DNA of 32,000 nucleotides from Ignicoccus islandicus DSM 13165 (GTDB lineage Archaea; Thermoproteota; Thermoprotei_A; Sulfolobales; Ignicoccaceae). A model generated the notes under the pieces. It saw only the letters and a list, made by a program, of their open reading frames with translations. It was not told the DNA's origin and did not search any database. Positions 25,353 to 32,000 of the stretch are shown here, piece after piece. The number at the start of each line of letters is the position of its first letter. Positions within the stretch are counted from its first letter, which is position 1. The DNA lies in assembly GCF_001481685.1 (NCBI RefSeq), contig NZ_CP006867.1, positions 630,001 to 662,000 of the forward strand, read 5' to 3'. Position numbers and translations under genes: made by a program.

Positions 25353-26209
25353 CTTACAGGGAAATATAGTGACCTCATTTCGGAGAAGCTTAATTTAAAC
25401 CATGAGTCCTCAACGGGGTAATTCTCGTAGAGTTCATCTCGTTTCGCCTCCAGTAATTTCTCCGGAATCGCTAAGACGTCATTGAATGCTTTGACCTTAA
25501 ACTTTAGGAACTTCCTCCATTCTTTTATTCTGGCTATATGGTGGTCTACGATTGCTCTACCTCCTAGTATGTTTATTAACTTAAAATGACTATCATCGAC
25601 TTTGATTCTACTTAAGTACAGTGGGGGCCCATCTATTACAACTGTCTTCGCCTCACTCTTTACCAACCAATCGTGAACATCTAATGGTCCTCCTTGGATG
25701 TCTGAACTGAAAGCGAACTCACCGTCTATTTCCACTGCAACTACGTACCCGAGCCTTTCCGAATCCCCATGAGGTAGTGGAGGAGAGAACTTGAATATGT
25801 GAGAAGATACTTCCATTAAGGAGTTATCGGCTATTTCTATCCTTACGTTTACCCTTTTTTCTTGAAGTTGTTTGAGAAACTTGTAGGCCCTTATCTTCTG
25901 ACTAACGTTTATGAACCTCTTGTAGTCCTTAATTATTAATATTTTACCATCTAATATCGAGTTATCATATAACCAGCCTGGGTTGTAGTGATCGCGATGA
26001 TAGTGGGTTATGATTACAACATCGGATCCATCGAGAGCCCTAACTATTCTCTTTGCAGCATTGACGAGTTCTTCCCATTCCAAAGGATGGGGTGGAAGAC
26101 CGAAACGCCTTGGAGCGAGGGAGGCAGATGGATCGATAACCACGTTGTCATATCTCACGCTCATACTTCTTACTCCTAACGTTTCGGCAGCCAAGGGTTC
26201 CCAAACCAT
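25349..26209 (-). CDS. metallo-beta-lactamase-fold protein (archaeal UPF0282-like)
   Basis: VVIITHYHRDHYN is a variant HxHxDH motif. The N-terminus PLAAETLGVRSMSV...SLAPRRFGLPPHPLE resembles the archaeal UPF0282 family as I remember it. Confidence 0.65.
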   Translation of the reverse strand: MVWEPLAAETLGVRSMSVRYDNVVIDPSASLAPRRFGLPPHPLEWEELVNAAKRIVRALDGSDVVIITHYHRDHYNPGWLYDNSILDGKILIIKDYKRFINVSQKIRAYKFLKQLQEKRVNVRIEIADNSLMEVSSHIFKFSPPLPHGDSERLGYVVAVEIDGEFAFSSDIQGGPLDVHDWLVKSEAKTVVIDGPPLYLSRIKVDDSHFKLINILGGRAIVDHHIARIKEWRKFLKFKVKAFNDVLAIPEKLLEAKRDELYENYPVEDSWFKLSFSEMRSLYFPVR

Positions 26210-26829
26210 GATTTCGCTAACCTCCTACTTACAGTATCGCTTATTCGAATTGGTTCCGGAAGACCGTATTTTAGAAACTTCTTAGTAATCTCAACGGCTG
26301 ATTTCAAGGAAACGCAATGTCCAATGCTAACGAAGAGTTCCTTTTTATTTTTTCTTAGTGTAACCGCTATTACGTTTCCATTGTCATCAAATAGACACTG
26401 ACCGAAATCACAATTACCCTCTTTCCCATAGAGCCTCTTTTTCGCAATGCCGATGGTGGGTTTGTCTGCGACCACGCCCACGTGTGAAGCCACGCCGGCA
26501 CCTCTCGGATGTGCTATACCGTGTCCATCAACCAGAATTACATCAACATCGGCCTTTTTTACTAAGGGATAGTATAGAGGTACTTCGCGAAAAGCCAAGA
26601 ACGTTGGGATATATGGAATAGGGACATGTGAGTAAGAATACTTAATTTCCAAGAGATCCCTTGTATTGTAGTCTAAGATGCTCAAGACGGCTACTCCGAA
26701 AGCTCTGTTACGGCTGTAAGACACATCGAGGCCTCCAACGCTCTTGAGCTTTTCGAAGCAGTCCTCTCTTACAATTCTCTTAGCTATTTCTAGCTGAGCC
26801 GACTTAGCTTTACCTACATCGAATTTCAA
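26176..26829 (-). CDS. nfi: endonuclease V
   Basis: GGLDVSY, PYIPTFLAFRE and ILVDGHGIAHPRGAGVASHVGV are the catalytic and wedge signature blocks of EndoV. Confidence 0.88.
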   Translation of the reverse strand: MKFDVGKAKSAQLEIAKRIVREDCFEKLKSVGGLDVSYSRNRAFGVAVLSILDYNTRDLLEIKYSYSHVPIPYIPTFLAFREVPLYYPLVKKADVDVILVDGHGIAHPRGAGVASHVGVVADKPTIGIAKKRLYGKEGNCDFGQCLFDDNGNVIAVTLRKNKKELFVSIGHCVSLKSAVEITKKFLKYGLPEPIRISDTVSRRLAKSWFGNPWLPKR

Positions 26830-26871
26830 AGGTTATCGACCTTCTGCGCATCACCATTAAGTAATTTGGAA

Positions 26872-26936
26872 TAATAAGAAGAGATATAGGAGCCCCGAGG
26901 CGGGGTGGCGGGCCCGCCGGGATTTGAACCCGGGAC
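26872..26936. repeat. 65-bp direct repeat, copy B (tRNA-Lys 3' exon plus 34-nt 3' trailer)
   Basis: Identical to 21717-21781. Identity ends at the intron boundary on one side, and 34 nt past the CCA on the other. Confidence 0.9.
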
Positions 26937-27005
26937 TTCCGCGGTGGGCCAAGCCACCTCTACGGGTTAAGAGCCCGCCGCTCTACCAAGCTGAGCTACG
27001 GGCCC
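26906..27005 (-). tRNA. tRNA-Lys (anticodon CUU) with 23-nt non-canonical intron in the variable loop (about 26937-26959; position 45/46), CCA encoded
   Basis: Minus strand reads GGGCCCGUAGCUCAGCUUGGUAGAGCG-GCGGG-CUCUUAA-CCCGU-AG[AGGUGGCUUGGCCCACCGCGGAA]GUC-CCGGGUUCAAAUCCCGG-CGGGCCC-G-CCA. Intron hairpin is GGUGG/CCACC. CCGU (40-43) pairs with intron GCGG as a 4-bp central helix flanked by the 3-nt bulges AGA and AAG, which is BHB-like. Confidence 0.82.
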
Positions 27006-27049
27006 TCACGCCCCGCGTTTCTCCCGTTTAATGCTTGCTAGATATGGGG

Positions 27050-27718
27050 TTAAAAAATTTTACACTCCTTATCCTCCAACCATGGTGGTCCTAACTCGAT
27101 TGACTTCTCTAATACTTGTTTAACCTTCTCCTTACCGTAAAAACATTCGTTATTTACGCACAGAACTTCGGCTTCGTATTGGAGAAGCTTTCGGAGCGAC
27201 TCTAACCACGCGCGTTCGTCACTTCCCCACTTCTTACACAACGGACCTAAGGCATCACCAGCCAGTAGGGTTCCATTGAAATATACTGAAAGCGATCCTG
27301 CCGTGTGGCCGGGAGTAAGGATAACCTCTATCTCACATATGTTCAAATCGCTTGATATTCTCCATCCTACCGGTACTGGCTTAGGTTTAATCCCAATGTA
27401 ATCCGATGCAGTGTATTTCTCATCACCTCTCTGAATCGCCTCGGCATCTACTTCTCCGGCAGCGATCGAAACTCCATATTTGTGAAAGAGCCAGTCCCCA
27501 CCGGTTCTGTCAACGTGAGCGTGAGTGTTAACTAAATACTCCACTTCCCAAGGCTTGACGCCATAATAAAGCATGTTTTGAAAAGCCACTTCACCGTATG
27601 CCCCTGAATCGACTATTACGTTACACTCGCTCGCCTTTATTAGAAAGGCTTGACCTTCGTTATTCAAGGGAGGACCAGTAAGTAAGTAAACCCCCTCACT
27701 TATCCTAATACTTTTCAC
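27050..27718 (-). CDS. metallo-beta-lactamase-fold hydrolase (glyoxalase II-like)
   Basis: VNTHAHVDRTGG (HxHxD motif), LTPGHTAGS and AGDAL metal-ligand regions. 222 aa. Confidence 0.75.
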   Translation of the reverse strand: MKSIRISEGVYLLTGPPLNNEGQAFLIKASECNVIVDSGAYGEVAFQNMLYYGVKPWEVEYLVNTHAHVDRTGGDWLFHKYGVSIAAGEVDAEAIQRGDEKYTASDYIGIKPKPVPVGWRISSDLNICEIEVILTPGHTAGSLSVYFNGTLLAGDALGPLCKKWGSDERAWLESLRKLLQYEAEVLCVNNECFYGKEKVKQVLEKSIELGPPWLEDKECKIF

Positions 27719-27811
27719 CTAAGGCCGTTTACGCGAATAAACGTAATGTAGTCGTATGTACAATACTTAATTTACCCTTACAGCGCACAACTCCGAAAGG
27801 GTGCGTCCAAC

Positions 27812-29101
27812 GTGCCAAAAACGATAGCTGAGAAAATACTGAGCGCTAAAGCAGGAAAGGATGTTTCCCCGGGCGAGATAGTCGTTGTCGAACTCGACGC
27901 AGTCATGGCGCAAGACGGCACTGCCCCTCTAGCGATAAAGGTCATGAATGAGAAATTCGGTGGAGAACGCGTGAAGGATCCTTCTAAAGTAGTTCTGGTA
28001 ATTGATCACACTGCCCCCAGCAACAATCCTGGTACCTCGGAGCTTCATATTCTCATGAGGAAATTCGCTCGAAGACACGGTTGTAGACTATTTGACGTAG
28101 GGAATGGTATTTGTCATCAACTCATGGTCGAATACGGATATGCGTATCCAGGGGCAGTAGTCGTAGGAGCCGATTCTCATACAGTAACTTATGGTGCATT
28201 GGGGGCCTTTTCAACGGGAGTGGGTTCGACCGACGCAGCAATAGCTATGATGACAGGAAAGCTATGGTTCAAGGTTCCCGAAGCCCTAAAGTTTAACTTA
28301 ACTGGGAAGTTCAAAGAGGCAGTAATGAGTAAAGACTTGATTCTCACTATTATTGGAGAACTAGGTGAGGACGGTGCGACCTATATGAGTGCTGAGTTCG
28401 TTGGTGATGGATTAAAGGATATGAGAATTGACTCGAGACTTACCGTAAGCAATATGGTAGTTGAAATGGGAGCCAAAGTTGGATTAATGCCAGCAGATGA
28501 AGAGGTAATGAGGTTCGTAGAAGGTAGAGCCAGAGGGACTCCAAAACCGGAGCTCACGTATCCCGATAAGGGAGCTCACTATAAGGACGAATTTGAAATG
28601 GAATTAGAGAAGATAGAGCCTATGATAGCTAAACCATACTCTCCTGCAAACGTGGTAGCAGTGGATGAACTCGAAGGCATGGAGATAGATCAAGTATTCA
28701 TTGGAAGTTGCACTAATGGTAGATTGGAGGACTTGGCGGTTGCTGCTAAGATATTGAAAGGAAAGAAGGTTGCCGATGGAACTCGATGTATAGCTATCGC
28801 AGCCTCTAGGAACGTATACACGGAAGCTCTCAAGAAAGGGTACGTAGAGACCTTAACGGAAGCGGGATGTTTAGTTACTTTTGGAACTTGCGGACCGTGC
28901 GTTGGTGCACACTACGGCGTTCTGGGACCCGGCGAGGTTGCTCTATTCACAACAAACAGAAACTTCAGAGGTAGGAGTGGACATAGAGATAGCAAAGTTT
29001 ACCTAGTTAGCCCAGCAACGGCAGCAGCTAGTGCGATCGAGGGCAAGGTTGTTAACCCAAGAAAGTACCTAAACCAGAGGATCAGGGACATCGAAATATG
29101 A
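27812..29101 (+). CDS. aconitase-family dehydratase large subunit (LeuC/HacA type), copy 2
   Basis: GTG start giving (M)PKTIAEKIL. VGADSHT, FIGSCTNGR and CGPCVGA are present. It is a paralogue of 7481-8743. Confidence 0.88.
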   Translation: MPKTIAEKILSAKAGKDVSPGEIVVVELDAVMAQDGTAPLAIKVMNEKFGGERVKDPSKVVLVIDHTAPSNNPGTSELHILMRKFARRHGCRLFDVGNGICHQLMVEYGYAYPGAVVVGADSHTVTYGALGAFSTGVGSTDAAIAMMTGKLWFKVPEALKFNLTGKFKEAVMSKDLILTIIGELGEDGATYMSAEFVGDGLKDMRIDSRLTVSNMVVEMGAKVGLMPADEEVMRFVEGRARGTPKPELTYPDKGAHYKDEFEMELEKIEPMIAKPYSPANVVAVDELEGMEIDQVFIGSCTNGRLEDLAVAAKILKGKKVADGTRCIAIAASRNVYTEALKKGYVETLTEAGCLVTFGTCGPCVGAHYGVLGPGEVALFTTNRNFRGRSGHRDSKVYLVSPATAAASAIEGKVVNPRKYLNQRIRDIEI

Positions 29102-29493
29102 ACGAAGTACCTAGTTTAAGGTTATGTGGTATCGGATGGTTCAAGTTACATGTAAACAACCTTATCACAAACAGAGACTTAATAGTTAGATGGGATGGGA
29201 AGATACTAAGAAGAAACTCCAAACCATCTAAGCAATACTCTCATATATACTTCCACACACCTCTCTCGTTAGAAGAGTTCTTACAATATGAACCATTCCT
29301 GTCTACATGCGAACAGATAATAATCGGTAGTGGTTATAATGGTAGAATGAAAGTAATGGATGGAGTCATTCGGTATCTCCAAGAGAAAGGAAGAGAACTT
29401 GTAATTAGTGAAACACCTCAAGCAATCACATATTTCGTTAAGCAAGTAAATCTCAATAGGAAATCGTGTTTAATAGTGCACCTCACATGTTGA
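29098..29493 (+). CDS. Mth938-like (DUF498) domain protein
   Basis: IIIGSGYNGRMKVMDGVIRYLQEKGRELVISETPQAITYFVKQVNLNRKSCLIVHLTC follows the remembered Mth938/DUF498 pattern (iiGtG..g...v......l...gi.v....T..A...yN.l......vaa.lH.TC). The ATG overlaps the LeuC-like stop as ATGA. Confidence 0.6.
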   Translation: MNEVPSLRLCGIGWFKLHVNNLITNRDLIVRWDGKILRRNSKPSKQYSHIYFHTPLSLEEFLQYEPFLSTCEQIIIGSGYNGRMKVMDGVIRYLQEKGRELVISETPQAITYFVKQVNLNRKSCLIVHLTC

Positions 29494-29539
29494 TTATGCT
29501 CATAAGCGACCAAACGTTTGATGAAAGGGTTTAAGGGAA

Positions 29540-30148
29540 TTGTTGAAGTTCGTTATTGATACAAGTGCTTTAACTGATCCGAGACTACGCGAGCGTTTTA
29601 AATCAAAAGAGCTATGGGAATGTATAGAGAAATCGCTCGAACTCATGGCCTTGGCTAAGGTTAGGCTAGGATTCAGTTACTACGCAACCCCATCTATATT
29701 GAAGGAAATTGTGGGGTTTCTAGAGAGGAGTTCCTCACCGCCATCAGTAATCTCAAAGCTCAACGTCTGGATATCCCCCCTCTCTCCATCCCTTGATGAA
29801 ATAAAGATACCAGCGTCGTTATTCGTAGAGTACGTAAAGGAAGTTAGGAGGCGATTCGATAAAGGCTTGCGAGTGGCCGAAGAGAGTACCCGAAGAGCAC
29901 ATTCTGGTGGCGACATAGGGGATCACATTAGAACGTTACGTGAAAAGTATAGAGAAAGTACGAGGAAGGGTATAGTAGATTCTCCTTCAGATATTGAGGC
30001 TATATTATTGGCATACCAGTTGAATGCGGTGCTTGTGAGTAACGATGAAGGACTATGCGAATTAGCTAGGAGACTGGGCGTCAGTTGCATTGACCCAATA
30101 ACGTTTTTCGACACCATAGAGGAATATTTGAGGCTCGCAAAGAGCTGA
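29540..30148 (+). CDS. PIN_5/UPF0278 family protein, candidate RNA-free RNase P (HARP)
   Basis: TTG start. LKFVIDTSALTDP places Asp7 in the PIN site. FDKGLRVAEEST, LREKYRESTRKGIVDSPSDIEAILLAYQLNAVLVSNDEGL and GVSCIDP match, from memory, the conserved blocks of Aquifex aeolicus Aq_880 homologues. At 202 aa it is longer than typical VapC. Confidence 0.65.
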   Translation: MLKFVIDTSALTDPRLRERFKSKELWECIEKSLELMALAKVRLGFSYYATPSILKEIVGFLERSSSPPSVISKLNVWISPLSPSLDEIKIPASLFVEYVKEVRRRFDKGLRVAEESTRRAHSGGDIGDHIRTLREKYRESTRKGIVDSPSDIEAILLAYQLNAVLVSNDEGLCELARRLGVSCIDPITFFDTIEEYLRLAKS

Positions 30149-30198
30149 GGAAAAGAATTTGTAAAGAAGAACGTGTATTTAATTTAGGAGAAGTTCTC

Positions 30199-31248
30199 AT
30201 GACCGTTAAAGTCGCAATAAATGGATTTGGAACTATAGGTAAGAGGGTCGCTGAGGCCGTTCTTAAGCAAGACGATATGGAATTAGTTGGCGTCACTAAA
30301 ACTCGACCGGATTACTTGGCCAAAGCAGCTTCTCTCAGGGGTTTATTATACGTACCTGAGGAAAAACTCCAAGACTTCGAGAAAAGTGGAATAGAAGTGG
30401 CCGGAACGCTCGACGAACTTTTACGGAAAGTCGATGTTGTCGTGGACGCTACCCCGGGCGGCATAGGTAAGGAGTACAAGAAAGTTTACGAGAAGTACGG
30501 CGTTAAGGCGATATTTCAAGGAGGCGAGAAACACGAAGTTGCTGGCTTCAGTTTCTCGACTCTATGTAACTATGAGGAAGCTCACGGTAAGCAGTACGCT
30601 AGAGTAGTCTCATGCAACACAACGGGATTACTGAGAGTTCTCTGTACATTACACAAGGAAATAGGCATTGAGAAAGTAAGGGCCACAATCGTAAGGAGAG
30701 GCGCAGATCCCCATGAAACAAAAAGAGGGCCCATCAACGCAATTGTTCCGAATCCGGTAACTCTACCTAGCCATCACGGCATCGATGTTCGAACAGTACT
30801 TGACATAGACATTGCAACAACAGCAGTGGTAGTTCCAACTACTATCATGCACCTACACGTACTAAATATAGTTCTAAAAGAGAACGTAAGTAAAGAGAAG
30901 ATATTAGAGGCTCTCGAGGCAGCACCTAGGATCCTAGTAATACCGAGCGAGTTTAGCGGCATTAAAGATACGGCCAAAATAATTGAAATGGCACGCGACA
31001 TGGGCAGGAAGAGATACGATCTCAACGAACTCGCCGTATTTGAGGAAAGTATTTCCGTGAACGGAAAGGAACTCTTCTTAATGCAAGCCGTTCATCAAGA
31101 AAGCATTGTTGTACCAGAAAACATTGACGCGATCCGTGCGCTCGCCACTAACGTATCGAAAGAAGAGAGCATAAGGAAAACAGATAGTACCCTCGGTCTA
31201 GTTAAGACGTTCGATGACGTATTAAAGGTAATATCGCGATTCGAATAA
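30199..31248 (+). CDS. gap: glyceraldehyde-3-phosphate dehydrogenase, archaeal type
   Basis: VAINGFGTIGKRVAEAV Rossmann N-terminus, catalytic VSCNTTGL, and PSHHGIDV. 349 aa. Confidence 0.9.
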   Translation: MTVKVAINGFGTIGKRVAEAVLKQDDMELVGVTKTRPDYLAKAASLRGLLYVPEEKLQDFEKSGIEVAGTLDELLRKVDVVVDATPGGIGKEYKKVYEKYGVKAIFQGGEKHEVAGFSFSTLCNYEEAHGKQYARVVSCNTTGLLRVLCTLHKEIGIEKVRATIVRRGADPHETKRGPINAIVPNPVTLPSHHGIDVRTVLDIDIATTAVVVPTTIMHLHVLNIVLKENVSKEKILEALEAAPRILVIPSEFSGIKDTAKIIEMARDMGRKRYDLNELAVFEESISVNGKELFLMQAVHQESIVVPENIDAIRALATNVSKEESIRKTDSTLGLVKTFDDVLKVISRFE

Positions 31249-31273
31249 CATTACATCTTTTCATTACATTTTT
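31249..31273 (+). terminator. tandem CATTACAT(C)TTTT units giving two oligo-T tracts right after gap
   Basis: CATTACATCTTTT (31249-31261) is followed by CATTACATTTTT (31262-31273), starting at the first nt after the TAA stop. Confidence 0.4.
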
Positions 31274-31355
31274 CCATTTGTCTAATTATTAGAAAGGTGT
31301 GTTAATGAGTGCTAAGACTTATTTTTTCAATTAGGTATTCCTAACGGGGCTTCGA

Positions 31356-32000
31356 ATGACGTGTAGTTTAAAAATTCCAATAGCGGGACAGCCCAACGTA
31401 GGAAAATCGACTTTTATTAATGCAGTCCTTGGAGAGTATGTTACAGAGATAGCCAATTGGCCGGGAGCAACCGTTGAGGTAAAGGTAATTGAAGCAAAAG
31501 TAGGCAATCGTGAGGTGTGCTTAATAGACCTACCCGGTGCATATTCTCTTAGTGGTGGTAGTGAAGAAGAGCGTGTGACAGCGAAATTCTTACTTGAAGA
31601 AGATTTCGACAACGTGATTCTACTAGGTGACGCAACGGCTCCACACAGAACCTTCTATCTTATAGTCCAAGTACTCGAGTTATTGGGAATAGGTGTAATA
31701 GCCCTAAATAAGTACGATAGAGCACTAAAAGCTGGTATTCACATCAATAGTGAGGCCTTAAGTAAGAGGTTAGGCAAACCAGTCTTTCTGATATCAGCTG
31801 TAACGAGAGAAGGCGTTCACGAGGTAATCGAAAAGGCTCTCGAAAAGCAATCGCCGAAGTATTTAGACATAGATTACGGAGACTTGGAATACTATGTCGT
31901 ACAAATCTCAAAGATGATCTCGAGACTAAACCTAAAAGGCAATCCGAGGTGGTATGCAGCCGAGTTCTTATTAGGCAATCAATTAGTAGACGAAATTATC
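31356..32000 (+). CDS. feoB: ferrous iron transporter FeoB, N-terminal GTPase domain (3' end outside window)
   Basis: This ORF is missing from the track because it runs off the window. ATG at 31356 is in frame to nt 32000 with no stop. G1 is GQPNVGKST, followed by WPGATVE, G3 is DLPG and G4 is NKYD. A T-rich TATA-like tract lies about 25-35 nt upstream. Confidence 0.85.
   Translation, partial: MTCSLKIPIAGQPNVGKSTFINAVLGEYVTEIANWPGATVEVKVIEAKVGNREVCLIDLPGAYSLSGGSEEERVTAKFLLEEDFDNVILLGDATAPHRTFYLIVQVLELLGIGVIALNKYDRALKAGIHINSEALSKRLGKPVFLISAVTREGVHEVIEKALEKQSPKYLDIDYGDLEYYVVQISKMISRLNLKGNPRWYAAEFLLGNQLVDEII

Noticed and set aside
21717-26936. Integrated mobile element delimited by tRNA-derived att direct repeats
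   Set aside because: Both repeat copies belong to complete, different tRNA-Lys genes, not to one intact gene plus a 3' fragment. There is no integrase, transposase or viral/plasmid gene inside. The cargo is housekeeping (hflX, nfi and others). It is kept only as something to exclude by synteny comparison.
27719-27811. Small hairpins (TTACG/CGTAA and GCGCAC/GUGCGU) upstream of LeuC-like copy 2, considered as a leader or attenuator element
   Set aside because: The stems are short and resemble no known riboswitch or attenuator. They cannot be distinguished from chance in a 90-nt promoter region without comparative data.
29098-29493. LeuD/HacB small subunit following the LeuC-like gene
   Set aside because: The sequence lacks the LeuD swivel-domain motifs (for example the GxNFGCGSSRE block). 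It fits the Mth938/DUF498 pattern instead.
29510-29580. C/D box sRNA (UGAUGA at 29517-29522 and CUGA about 50 nt downstream)
   Set aside because: Internal D'/C' boxes are absent and the guide spacing does not fit. The segment overlaps the well-supported N-terminus of the HARP-like CDS.
29540-30148. VapC-type toxin of a toxin-antitoxin pair
   Set aside because: No small upstream or downstream antitoxin ORF is present. The protein is about 60-70 aa longer than typical VapC. It carries the extra conserved blocks (KGLRVAEE, LREKYRE..R.GI.DS) characteristic of the UPF0278/HARP family.
2505-30296. About 25 further short track ORFs that lie antisense to, or in an alternative frame of, strongly supported genes. 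The list is 2505-2714, 3688-3909, 5351-5560, 5682-5912, 6395-6607, 8144-8389, 9732-10088, 10055-10240, 10263-10595, 12725-12973, 16290-16520, 18730-18918, 20382-20645, 20630-20866, 20793-20993, 21006-21317, 22146-22442, 23982-24248, 25031-25330, 25988-26179, 26010-26285, 28111-28296, 29680-29916, 29923-30117, 30081-30296 and 30774-31025.
   Set aside because: Each is fully embedded in a longer ORF that has recognisable family motifs. Their products are Ser/Leu/Pro/Thr-rich, as expected for shadow frames, and none has independent promoter or start-site support.
31331-31612. Track ORF of 93 aa on the minus strand
   Set aside because: It is antisense to the clear FeoB N-terminal GTPase domain on the plus strand. 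The Ser-rich product has no features of a real protein.
1-32000. CRISPR arrays, IS elements, integrases, restriction-modification or other recognisable defence genes
   Set aside because: Reading both strands found no regularly spaced direct repeats, no terminal inverted repeats flanking an ORF, and no ORF with integrase, transposase, Cas or restriction-enzyme motifs.

Overview
This is a compact, gene-dense chromosomal segment from a (hyper)thermophilic archaeon, most likely a crenarchaeote/TACK member. That placement is an inference from several markers: an aCPSF1-type KH/beta-CASP nuclease, pantoate kinase next to CoaBC, an Ard1-type N-acetyltransferase, archaeal GAPDH and 7S SRP RNA. BHB-type tRNA introns, one at a non-canonical position, and GC-rich RNA genes in an AT-rich background point the same way.

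I support about 38 protein genes. Most are housekeeping:
- Amino acid and central metabolism: aspartate kinase, two LeuC/HacA-like dehydratase large subunits, TrpF, GAPDH.
- Cofactor and nucleotide metabolism: purine PRTase, CoaBC plus pantoate kinase, MoaB.
- Translation and RNA or DNA processing: ribosomal protein uL2, HflX, aCPSF1, endonuclease V.
- Others: a UPF0210 protein, a class-III-like hybrid-cluster protein, an APC permease, and FeoB, which runs off the 3' edge of the window.

RNA genes are the SRP RNA (minus strand), tRNA-Ser(GCU), tRNA-Glu(CUC) and two intron-containing tRNA-Lys genes. There is also one well-supported candidate H/ACA guide sRNA that the ORF track does not explain.

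Many neighbouring genes overlap by 4-50 nt. About 30 track ORFs are antisense or shadow artefacts.

I found no CRISPR array, integrase, transposase or recognisable defence island. I cannot support a convincing new multi-gene system from sequence alone. The observations most worth follow-up are:
- a PIN_5/UPF0278 protein that looks like an RNA-free RNase P (HARP), alongside tRNA genes whose promoter spacing predicts leaderless transcripts;
- the H/ACA sRNA candidate with a textbook K-turn;
- a 65-bp perfect direct repeat (tRNA-Lys 3' exon plus trailer) bracketing a 5.1-kb gene block;
- a tRNA intron in the variable loop;
- an acidic Cys-cluster protein (possibly TFE-beta/RPC34-like) apparently co-transcribed with aCPSF1;
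- an Mth938-like gene translationally coupled to a LeuC-like gene where a small subunit would be expected;
- an 18-bp perfect palindrome operator upstream of hcp;
- an unassignable, poorly charged secreted 500-aa protein.
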